This document shows positions 1 to 9,500 of a stretch of DNA of 64,000 bases, one piece after another. Each line of letters starts with the position of its first letter. Position 1 is the first letter of the stretch. The stretch is from Bacteroidota bacterium. Its GTDB lineage: Bacteria; Bacteroidota; Bacteroidia; Flavobacteriales_F; PHOS-HE28. Location of the stretch: the NCBI GenBank assembly GCA_018266475.1, contig JAFEAI010000244.1, forward strand, positions 8,391-72,390, written 5' to 3'. Under the pieces are notes generated by a model, which was not told where the DNA came from, ran no database searches, and saw only the letters and a list, made by a program, of their open reading frames with translations. Both the position numbers and the translations under genes were made by a program.

Positions 1-1
1 C

Positions 2-3000
2 ATGCTAACACCACTCGGCAATCGTACAGGAAACATCTTCGACCTCCTTCTCCCGCACCTTCAATCCTCCCCTTCGGCCCCGGCGATCACGGCAGGTGGC
101 ACCACCCTCTCCCGGGCCCAGATTGCCGCACAGGTATCCTGCATGGCCGGGCACCTGCACAAGCACGGTTTGGCACCGGGCCAAACCGTGGCCATCTGTC
201 TGGACCGCTCCCCGGAGCTGATCATCGCCGTGCTGGGCATCGTACAGGCCGGGGCGGCATACGTGCCCATCGACCCCGCATATCCTGTTGAGCGGATCGC
301 CGGCATGCTTGAAGATGCCAAGCCCCCGGTGGTGATCACCAGCAAGGAGCACCGGCACCTCTTCACAGGCACGGCGGCCAAAGTGCTGCTGATCGAGGAT
401 ATCGACCTCCTCACCCTCCCCCCCCTCTCCCAGGGAGAGTGGGCGCCCTGTCCTGCGACACCCGACGACCTGCTGTACGTGCTGTTCACCAGCGGCAGCA
501 CCGGCCGCCCCAAGGGCGTGGCCATGCACCACGCACCGCTCACCAACCTGATCCAATGGCAGCTGCGCACCAGTGTGTGCGGCGAGGGTGATCGCACCCT
601 GCAGTTCGCACCCATCAGTTTTGACGTGAGCTTCCAGGAGATCTTCACCACCTTCGCACAAGGCGGCACGCTGGTGCTGATCACCGATGAGGACCGCCTG
701 AACAGCACCCAGCTCCTGCGGAAGATCATCGCCGAGAAGATCAACCGAATCATCGTTCCCTTCGTGGCGCTGCAGTACTTGGCCGAAGCCGTGGAGCGTA
801 CCGGCGAAGTGCCTTCCACATTGAAAGAGGTTTTCACCAGCGGTGAGCAATTGAAGATCACCCCCGCGATCATCAACCTCTTCAAGCAACTGCCCGGTGT
901 GCGCTTCTGCAACCAGTATGGCCCCACCGAAGGCCACGTGGTGAGCGAGCTTGAGCTAAAAGGCGATCCATCCACCTGGCCCGCGCTGCCCAACATCGGC
1001 AAGGCCATCGACAACGTGAAGCTGCTCGTGCTTGATGAGCAGATGAAGCCGGTGAAGAAGGGTGAGGAAGGCGAGCTCTACCTCGGTGGTGCGTGCGTGG
1101 CCAAAGGCTACATCGGCCGTGATGACCTGACGGCGGAACGCTTCCTGGCGGATCCGTTCGTAAAGCCACCCTTCGGCTCCGCTCAGGGCAGGCTTTACAA
1201 GACCGGCGACCGCGCGGCGGAGCTGCCCAACGGCGAGATCGACTACAAGGGCCGCATCGATGGCCAAGTGAAGGTGCGCGGCTACCGCATTGAGCTGGGC
1301 GAAGTGGAAGTAGCCATGGAGAAACACCGTGCGGTGGAACAAGCCGTGGCCAACGTGCGGGAGGACCGTCCCGGATTGAAACGGCTGATCGGCTACTATG
1401 TGGCGAAGCAGGACGTGAGCGTGAACGAGCTGCGCAAGCACCTCGCTTCCCTCCTACCCGACTACATGGTGCCCTCGGCCTTCGTGGCGGTGAAAGAACT
1501 ACCGCGCACGCCAAGCGGCAAGATCGATCGCAAGGCCCTGCCCGCCCCCGATGTAAAACGCCCTGAATTGGACGTTGCGTTCGCCGCACCGCAAAGCGCC
1601 GTGCAGAAGACGCTCGCCAACGTGTGGGCCGATCTGCTCGGCATCGACCGCGTGGGCATCGACGACAACTTCTTCGACCTCGGCGGCAACTCACTGCTGA
1701 GCATCCAATGCGTGGCGCAGCTGGAAGGCCATGGTCTGAAACTGCCGATCGTGAAACTGTACCAGCATCCGACGGTGCGCGCGTGCGCGGCGTTCTTGGA
1801 AGACGATACGAACGCCGTATCGCCCGCCGAGATGGCGAAAGCCCGCGTAGGGGCGAGACATGTCTCGCCCGAAAAGCGGGACATCGCCATCATCGGCATG
1901 AGCGGCCGCTTCCCCGGTGCTGCCAACGTAGAGGAGCTATGGCTGAACCTGCTGGCCAAGAAGAACAGCATCAGCCGCTGGACGGCCGACGAGATCGACC
2001 CGAGCGTGCCCGCCGAGCTGCGCAACGACCCCGATTACGTGAAGGCGCGCGGCGTGATCGCCGACGCCGACAAGTTCGACGCGGGCTTTTTCGGCGTGAA
2101 CCCCAAGGTGGCCGCACTGATGGATCCACAACAGCGGGTATTCCTCGAAACGGCCTGGGCCGCGCTGGAGGATGCCGCATACGATCCCGCGCAATTCGCT
2201 GGCCTCATTGGCGTGTACGCCGGCATGGGCAACAACACCTATTACACGCGGAACGTCATCGGCCATCCCGAGCTCATCGAGCAAGTGGGCGATTTCCAGG
2301 TGATGACGGCCAACGAAAAGGACTACATCGCCACTCGGCTTGCGTTCGAGTTCGACCTGCGCGGACCCGCGATCAGCATGAACACCGCGTGCAGCACCTC
2401 GCTGGTAGCGATCGCACAAGCCTTCCAGGCCCTGCGCGCCGGCGAATGCGACATGGCGCTGGCCGGCGGCATCGCCATCACCGCGCCGATCAACAGCGGC
2501 ATCGTGTACAACGAGGGCGGCATGTACAGCCCCGACGGCAGCACGCGCACCTTCGATGCCGAGGGAAAGGGCACCAGCTTCAGCGATGGCGTGGGCATCA
2601 TCGTATTGAAGAGGCTGGATGATGCGATCCGCGACAACGACCACATCTACGCCACGATCAAAGGCGCCGCGCTGAACAACGACGGCAGCGACAAGGCCAG
2701 CTTCACCGCGCCCAGCGTGCGCGGGCAGGCCGAAGTGATCGCTATGGCACAGGCCGATGCAGGGGTGTCGCCGGATCAGATCAGCTACGTGGAAGCGCAC
2801 GGCACGGCCACGCCGCTTGGTGATCCCATTGAGGTGGAGGCGCTGACGTTGGCGTTCCGATCAGAAAATCAGAAAATCAGAAAATCAGAAAATGGAAATG
2901 CGCCACATTGCACCATCGGCTCCATCAAGAGCAACATCGGCCACCTTACCGCCGCCGCCGGTGCCGCAGGGGTGATCAAGACCGCACTCGCATTGCAGCA

Positions 3001-6000
3001 GGAGCAGATCCCTGCGAGCATAGGCTATGAAAAGCCGAACCCCGCGATCGACTTCGCGAACTCGCCGTTCCGCGTGGCGCAGGACAACATCGCCTGGCCG
3101 CGCACCGACGCACCGCGCATGGCGGGGGTGAGCAGCTTCGGCGTGGGCGGCACCAACGCGCACGTGATCATGGCGGAGCCGCCGGTGCTGGCAGCATCCG
3201 GCGCATCGCGCAGCAAGCAACTGTTCTTCCTCAGCGCAAAGAGCAAGACCAGCTTGGATGCCATGACGGAGAATTTCCGCCAGTGGCTTGCAGCGCACCC
3301 TGATGCTTCCCTTGCCGACGCCGCATACACGCTGCAAGTGGGCCGCCGTCACTTCAAACACCGCCGGTTGATCGTAGGTGGAAGTCACGGTGAAGTGATC
3401 GACGCGATCGCGAACAAGGACGCGCAGCTGATCGGCACACGCGAACTGCACGAGGCCGCACCGGGCGTGGTGTTCATGTTCCCCGGCCAAGGCTCGCAGT
3501 ATGTACACATGGGCCGCGACCTCTGCGAAAGCGAGCCGGTCTTCAAGCAGCATTTCGATCACTGCTGCGAGCTCTTCGGCAAGGAACTCGGCACCGATCT
3601 GAAGGCCATCATCTTCCCGAAAGCGGGTGAAGAAGAAAAGGCCGCCGGGCAACTGAAGCAGACCATCTACACGCAGGCTTCGCTTTTCACCATGCACTAC
3701 AGCCTGGCGAAACTGTGGATGTACTGGGGCATCACGCCCGATGCGATGATGGGCCACAGCATCGGCGAGTTCGCTGCGGCTTGTCTCGCTGGTGTGTTCT
3801 CATTGGAAGATGCCGTGAAGCTGGTGGCCAACCGCGGCCGCATGATGCAGGAACTGCCCGGCGGCAGCATGCTCAGCGTGCGCGCGACGGAGGAGGATGT
3901 AGCGAAGAAACTTCCCGCTGGCTGCTCGATCGCCGCCAACAATGGCACGCAATTGTGCGTGGCCAGCGGTCCGCATGAGGCGATCGCGAAGCTGCAAGCC
4001 GAACTGGAGAAAGAGGGCATCACGTGCAAGCTGCTCGTGACCAGCCACGCCTTCCACAGCCCGATGATGGACGCCATGGTGGCGCCGTACAAGAAGGTGG
4101 TGGAAAGCGTGAAGCTGAATGCGCCGCGCATTCCGATCATCAGCACGGTGACCGCCCAATGGCTGAAGGACGACGAGGCCGTATCACCCAAATACTGGAG
4201 CGACCACCTGCGTGCCACCGTGCGATTTGCACAAGCGGTGAAGTTCGCGTGGGACGATGCGAACAGGGTAATGCTGGAGGTAGGCCCGCGCACCACGGCC
4301 ACCACGCTGGCCCGCCAGCAAAGCAGCGATGCAAAGAAGCAAGCGGCGGTCCCTTCATTGGGCGATTCCGCAGGCAACGGCAACGAACTGGCGCAACTGC
4401 TGAAAGCCGTGGGCGGCCTGTGGCAGAGCGGCGTGCTGATCGACTGGAAGAAATTCCATGAGCGCGAGGAGCGCAGGCGGATCAGCTTGCCGACCTATGC
4501 TTTTGAACGGGTACGGCATTGGGTGGAACCGGTGGCCTTGCAGGGCGTAAATAGACATGATGGACGCGAATTGCCGTCCATCGCGTCCATTCCAGCGCCG
4601 CACACAGATGCGGGCCTTTCTCCCAAGGACCAACTGATCGCGCAGATCAAACATCTTCTGGAGGAAAGCTCCGGCCTGGAACTCGCCGAAGCCAGCAACG
4701 AGGAGACTTTCCTGGAGATGGGCCTCGACTCGCTCTTCCTCACGCAGGTGGCCACCTCGCTGAGCAAAAAGTTCGGCGTGAAGATCAGCTTTCGGCAGTT
4801 GAACGAGGAGCTGCCGAACCTGGAGAAATTGGCGGAACACTTTTTAGCGAATGGGGTGGGATCAGTTGTCAGTTCACAGTTGTCGGTTGTCAGTGCCCGG
4901 ACAACGGACAACCAACAACCAACAACTGCCTCCGCCCTCGAAGACGCCCCTGAACTGAAGAAAGCCTTCGGTGCCCAGGCGCGCATCAGCAAGGAAAAGG
5001 CGGACGACTTCACGCCGCAACAGCGCGCCTGGTTCACCGACTTCGTGAAGCGCTACACGGCCAAGACCGCCAAGAGCAAGGCTTTCACGCAGGAGAACAG
5101 GAAACCGATGGCCGACCCGCGCGTGGTCACAGGCTTCAAGCCGCAAACCAAGGAACTCACTTACCAGGTGGTGGTGGACCGCAGCAAGGGCTGCCACCTG
5201 TGGGACATCGACGGCAACGAGTATGTGGACATCCTCAGCGGCTTCGGCTCGTCGATGTTCGGCTATATGCCCGACTTCATCAAGGAAGCGTGCCACGACC
5301 AGCTTGAAAAGGGCACGGAGATCGGGCCCATGCACCCGCTTGCAGCGGAAGTATCGAAGTTGCTGTGCGAACTCACCGGAGCCGAGCGCGCGGCCGTTTG
5401 CAACACCGGCAGCGAGGCCGTGCTGGGCGCCATGCGCATGGCCCGCACGGTGACGGGCCGCAGCCTGATCATCTCCTTCAGCGGCAGCTACCACGGCATC
5501 AACGACGAGGTGATCCTCCGCGGCAGCAAAAGCCACAAGAGCTACCCCGGCGCGCCCGGCATCATGCCCGAGGCCGTGCATAACATGCTGGTGCTGGACT
5601 ACGGCACGCCCGAAAGCCTGGAGATCATCAAGCAGCACTGCCACGAAGCCGCCGCCGTGCTGGTGGAACCCGTGCAGAGCCGCCGCATGGAGTTCCGCCC
5701 CGTTGATTTCCTGCGCGAGGTGCGCCGCATCACGAAAGAGCACGGCACCGCGTTGATCTTCGATGAAGTGATCACCGGCTTCCGCATGCACCCGAACGGC
5801 GCACAGGGCCTCTTCGGCATCAAAGCCGACATCGGCACCTACGGCAAGGTGATCGGCGGTGGCATGCCCATCGGCGCCATGATCGGCAGCCGCCCGTGGA
5901 TGGACGCGCTGGACGGCGGCGATTGGCGCTTCGGCGACGACAGCGTGCCCGAAGCCGGAGTGACCTACTTCGCAGGCACGTTCGTGCGCCATCCGTTGAC

Positions 6001-6547
6001 GCTCGCCGCCATGAAGGCCTCACTGCTGTACATGAAACGTGAAGGCCCCGCCTTGCAGGAACGGCTCAACGGGCTCACCCAAGGCATGGTGGAACGCGCC
6101 AATGCGCTCTTCGACCGCTACCAGCTTCCGTACCGCTGGGTACACTTCGGCAGCGCATTCAAGACCAAGTACGACGAAAGCGTCAACTACACCGAGTTCT
6201 TCTTCATGCTGATGCGCCTGCATGGCGTGCATGTGCTGGACTTCCCGCACTTCCTCACCACGGCGCACACGGAAGCGGACGTGGAATTCATCCTCACCGC
6301 CCTGGAGAACACCTGCAAGGAATTGCGCAACAGCGGCTTCATGCCGGAGCGCACCTATCCCCTGGCCGTGGTCAACAGCACCTTGAACGGGCACGCCTTC
6401 AAGCCAAGTGAACTGGTGGTAGAGGCCAGTGAACCGCCCGTGCCCGGCGCCCGCCTGGGCCGTACGCAGGAAGGCGAGCCCGGCTGGTTTGTTCCCGACC
6501 GTGAGCGGCCGGGAAAATTCATTCAACTCGTGGAGCACGGACAATGA
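2..6547 (+). CDS. Hybrid NRPS-PKS megasynthase, 5'-truncated at window start. Domain order: A (partial) - PCP - KS - AT - ACP - class III PLP aminotransferase (AMT). No KR/DH/ER seen.
   Basis: ORF has no start codon at the window edge. A-domain cores LYVLFTSGSTGRPKGV (A3), NQYGPTE (A5), YKTGDRAAELPNGEIDYKGRIDGQVKVRGYRIELGEVE (A7/A8). PCP FFDLGGNSL (~nt 1665-1697). KS DIAIIGMSGRFPG, DTACSTSL (Cys codon ~2391), HGTATPLGDP. AT GHSIGEF (~3751-3771). ACP LGLDSLFLTQV (~4722-4742). C-terminal ~530 aa aminotransferase-III-like (DGNEYVDILSGFGSSMFGY, YGKVIGGGMPIGA with PLP-Lys candidate ~5845). Confidence 0.9.
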   Translation: MLTPLGNRTGNIFDLLLPHLQSSPSAPAITAGGTTLSRAQIAAQVSCMAGHLHKHGLAPGQTVAICLDRSPELIIAVLGIVQAGAAYVPIDPAYPVERIAGMLEDAKPPVVITSKEHRHLFTGTAAKVLLIEDIDLLTLPPLSQGEWAPCPATPDDLLYVLFTSGSTGRPKGVAMHHAPLTNLIQWQLRTSVCGEGDRTLQFAPISFDVSFQEIFTTFAQGGTLVLITDEDRLNSTQLLRKIIAEKINRIIVPFVALQYLAEAVERTGEVPSTLKEVFTSGEQLKITPAIINLFKQLPGVRFCNQYGPTEGHVVSELELKGDPSTWPALPNIGKAIDNVKLLVLDEQMKPVKKGEEGELYLGGACVAKGYIGRDDLTAERFLADPFVKPPFGSAQGRLYKTGDRAAELPNGEIDYKGRIDGQVKVRGYRIELGEVEVAMEKHRAVEQAVANVREDRPGLKRLIGYYVAKQDVSVNELRKHLASLLPDYMVPSAFVAVKELPRTPSGKIDRKALPAPDVKRPELDVAFAAPQSAVQKTLANVWADLLGIDRVGIDDNFFDLGGNSLLSIQCVAQLEGHGLKLPIVKLYQHPTVRACAAFLEDDTNAVSPAEMAKARVGARHVSPEKRDIAIIGMSGRFPGAANVEELWLNLLAKKNSISRWTADEIDPSVPAELRNDPDYVKARGVIADADKFDAGFFGVNPKVAALMDPQQRVFLETAWAALEDAAYDPAQFAGLIGVYAGMGNNTYYTRNVIGHPELIEQVGDFQVMTANEKDYIATRLAFEFDLRGPAISMNTACSTSLVAIAQAFQALRAGECDMALAGGIAITAPINSGIVYNEGGMYSPDGSTRTFDAEGKGTSFSDGVGIIVLKRLDDAIRDNDHIYATIKGAALNNDGSDKASFTAPSVRGQAEVIAMAQADAGVSPDQISYVEAHGTATPLGDPIEVEALTLAFRSENQKIRKSENGNAPHCTIGSIKSNIGHLTAAAGAAGVIKTALALQQEQIPASIGYEKPNPAIDFANSPFRVAQDNIAWPRTDAPRMAGVSSFGVGGTNAHVIMAEPPVLAASGASRSKQLFFLSAKSKTSLDAMTENFRQWLAAHPDASLADAAYTLQVGRRHFKHRRLIVGGSHGEVIDAIANKDAQLIGTRELHEAAPGVVFMFPGQGSQYVHMGRDLCESEPVFKQHFDHCCELFGKELGTDLKAIIFPKAGEEEKAAGQLKQTIYTQASLFTMHYSLAKLWMYWGITPDAMMGHSIGEFAAACLAGVFSLEDAVKLVANRGRMMQELPGGSMLSVRATEEDVAKKLPAGCSIAANNGTQLCVASGPHEAIAKLQAELEKEGITCKLLVTSHAFHSPMMDAMVAPYKKVVESVKLNAPRIPIISTVTAQWLKDDEAVSPKYWSDHLRATVRFAQAVKFAWDDANRVMLEVGPRTTATTLARQQSSDAKKQAAVPSLGDSAGNGNELAQLLKAVGGLWQSGVLIDWKKFHEREERRRISLPTYAFERVRHWVEPVALQGVNRHDGRELPSIASIPAPHTDAGLSPKDQLIAQIKHLLEESSGLELAEASNEETFLEMGLDSLFLTQVATSLSKKFGVKISFRQLNEELPNLEKLAEHFLANGVGSVVSSQLSVVSARTTDNQQPTTASALEDAPELKKAFGAQARISKEKADDFTPQQRAWFTDFVKRYTAKTAKSKAFTQENRKPMADPRVVTGFKPQTKELTYQVVVDRSKGCHLWDIDGNEYVDILSGFGSSMFGYMPDFIKEACHDQLEKGTEIGPMHPLAAEVSKLLCELTGAERAAVCNTGSEAVLGAMRMARTVTGRSLIISFSGSYHGINDEVILRGSKSHKSYPGAPGIMPEAVHNMLVLDYGTPESLEIIKQHCHEAAAVLVEPVQSRRMEFRPVDFLREVRRITKEHGTALIFDEVITGFRMHPNGAQGLFGIKADIGTYGKVIGGGMPIGAMIGSRPWMDALDGGDWRFGDDSVPEAGVTYFAGTFVRHPLTLAAMKASLLYMKREGPALQERLNGLTQGMVERANALFDRYQLPYRWVHFGSAFKTKYDESVNYTEFFFMLMRLHGVHVLDFPHFLTTAHTEADVEFILTALENTCKELRNSGFMPERTYPLAVVNSTLNGHAFKPSELVVEASEPPVPGARLGRTQEGEPGWFVPDRERPGKFIQLVEHGQ
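4862..4928. repeat. In-frame palindromic heptamer-repeat block (AGTTGTC/GGTTGTC units then reverse complement GACAACGGACAACCAACAACCAACAACTG) inside the NRPS-PKS ACP-AMT linker; encodes SQLSVVSARTTDNQQPTT.
   Basis: Direct reading: cagttgtcagttcacagttgtcggttgtcagtgcccggacaacggacaaccaacaaccaacaactg. Same heptamer family as the arrays at 32796-32892 and 35461-35480. Confidence 0.7.
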
Positions 6548-6584
6548 CCCCGGGCTTCCGTTTTACTCCCACCGCAGCGTGACC

Positions 6585-9500
6585 ATGGAAAAGTTCATCC
6601 CGGAAACCACCGCCGTGCCTGTTGCCCATGATCCGTTCAGCGGCCCCGCCATCCAGCGGACCATCCCCACCACGGAATCGCAGATGGAGGTGTTTGCCGC
6701 CTCGGAGATGGGCAACGAGGCCAATTGCGCATACGTGGAAAGCATTTCGCTGGTGCTCACGGGCAAGCTGGTACAACCGGCCCTGGAAACGGCGCTTCAG
6801 GACCTGACCGCGCGCCACGAAAGCCTGCGCAGCACCATCAGTCCCAACGGCATGCGCATGGTGGTGCTCGAACGGATGACCCTCCCCACCCCGTTCGAAG
6901 ACCTCTCCGGCATTGATGAACCGGCCCGGCGCTCGCGCATGGAGCAGCTTGCCGAAGAGGACATGCGCCGGCCTTTCGACCTGGTGAGCGGCCCATTGTT
7001 CAGGGTATCCCTCACCAAGATCGCACCCGACCGGCACGTGCTGCGCCTGAGCGGCCACCACGCCGTGCTGGACGGGTGGAGCCTCGGCATCCTGATGGCC
7101 GAGATCAGCGCCCTCTACAATGCGCGCTTGGCCGGCACCGCACCGGCCCTTCCTGCGGCGGATCCGTTCAGCCGCTACGTGCGGGAAACCATTGCGTTTT
7201 CCAAGAGCAGTGCGCAGGCCGCCGTAGAGCAATACTGGACCGGACTGTACAGGGATTCCGTGCCGCGCCTGGACCTGCCCACGGACCGGCCGCGGCCGGT
7301 GCCCAAAACCTTCAACGGCCACCGCCTGGACCTTGCGATGGACCGGGAACTTGTGCGCGGCCTGAGATCCGTGGCCACGCGCAACGGCGCAAGCTTCGTC
7401 ACCACCCTGCTTTGCGCATTCGAACTGCTGCTGCACAAGCTCACCGGCCAGCACGAAATTGTGACCGGGCTGCCTGCGGCAGGCCAAAGCGACCTGGGCA
7501 TGAAGCACCTGGTGGGGCACTGTGTAAACCTGCTCGCCCTGCGCAGCCGGATCGATGACGAAGAATCCTTCGACCAATACCTGAAGCAGCGCCGCACCGA
7601 GGTGCTCGATGCCTTCGACCACCAGAAGTACACCTTCGGGACGCTGCTGCAAAAACTGAAGGTGCCGCGGGAGCCGGGCCGCATTCCACTGGTGCCCGCC
7701 GTGTTCAACATCGACATGAACATGGACGACGGGGTGTCCTTCACCGGGCTGGCACACCGCTTCGTGAGCAACCCCAGGCACTACGAAAACTTCGAGCTTT
7801 TCCTGAACGCCACCGGGCAGGGCGACGACCTGGTGCTGGAATGGAGCTATAACACGGACCTCTTCGACAAAGCGACCATCCGCAGTTGGATGGACCAGCT
7901 ATCCACCCTGGTGCGGCGGATCGGCGGCAACAGCGCCCTGCCGATCGGCGCCCTGTTGGGCGAGGAAGAACCTTCCGCCCATAAAATGCCTTTGCCCGAA
8001 TGGCACGGCACCGCCACGGACATCCCGCGCGGAACCAGCATCGGCGCATTGTTCGACGAAGTGGCCGCCGCACACCTCGCAAGCCCCGCGCTAGTAGCAC
8101 CGGACGGCGAATGGAGCTACGCGAAATTGCACGACCGTACACTGTCCATGGCATCGGCACTGCTGGCGGCAGGCGTAAAACCCGGCGACCCGGTGGGCCT
8201 GTGCACCGACCGTTGCGCGGACATGGTTGCGGCCATGCTTGCCATCCTGCGCTGCGGTGCCGCCTTTGTGCCCTTCGACCCCGCCTACCCCGCCGACCGC
8301 CTGGAGTACATGTTGCAGGACACGGGCATCCGCGTGCTGATCACGCAACGGCACCTTTCGGCGGCCTTGCCCAGGCATGATGCACGCACCTTGTTCGTGG
8401 AAGACCTGCACGGTGCCGAAGCCCCGCAGCCCGCCGCCGGCGGCCCTGATTCACCGGCGTACATCATGTACACCTCCGGTTCCACGGGCAAGCCCAAGGG
8501 CGTGGTGGTGCCGCACCGCGCCGTGATCCGCCTGGTGCGCAACCAGAACTTCCTGCCCTTCGGACCCGACCTCACCTTTCTGCAACTTTCCAATATCTCC
8601 TTTGACGCCTCCACACTGGAGCTATGGGGAGCGCTCCTGAACGGGGCACGGCTTGTGCTGCAACCCCAGCAGAAGCCAACCCTGCAGGAGGTCATCGACA
8701 CCATCCACAAGCACCGTGTGACCACGGTATGGTTCACCGCGGGCCTGTTCAACCTGATGGTGGACGAGCACCTGGAACAATTGCACGGCCTCAGGCACAT
8801 CCTGGCCGGCGGCGATGCGCTCAGCGTGCCCCACGTAAAGCGTGCCCTGCGCACCTTGGGGCCAGGCATACTGATCAACGGGTACGGCCCCACAGAGAAC
8901 ACCACCTTCACCTGCTGCCATGCCATAAATGATTTGCAGGCCCTGCAAACCCGCGTGCCCATCGGCAAACCCATCGCGAACACCACGGCCTACATCCTGG
9001 GCCCCGACATGCAGCCGGTGGCCATAGGGGAGAAAGGCGAACTGTACACCGGTGGCGAAGGCGTTGCCCTGGGGTACTGGCAGCAGCCGGAACTGACCGC
9101 CGCGCAATTCATTCCGGACCCGTTCAGCAAGCATCCGAACGCCAAGCTCTACCGCACGGGCGACCAGGTGCGGTGGCTGCCCGACGGCACCATCGACTTC
9201 CTGGGCCGCGGCGACGGCCAGGTGAAGGTGCGCGGATTCCGCGTGGAGCTCGGCGAGATCGAGAACGCCATCAGCGCGGTGGCTGGCGTGAAGGACCGCG
9301 TGGTGGTTGCGCGCAACGACGGGCCCGGGGAAAAACAACTGGCGGCCTACTTGGTGCCGGCACAGCATGCGGGCGACGGTGACGCCCAGGAAGCACTGAT
9401 CAAGCAAGTGCGCGACCACCTGCGCCAAACCTTGCCGGACCACATGGTGCCTTCGGCCTTCGTGATCCTTGCCGAGCTGCCGCTTACCGCAAACGGAAAG

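Noticed and set aside
4874-5992. 372-aa minus-strand ORF inside the NRPS-PKS gene
   Set aside because: Shadow ORF typical of high-GC DNA; opposite strand carries well-supported AMT/ACP domains. Low-complexity A/G/R/H-rich translation.
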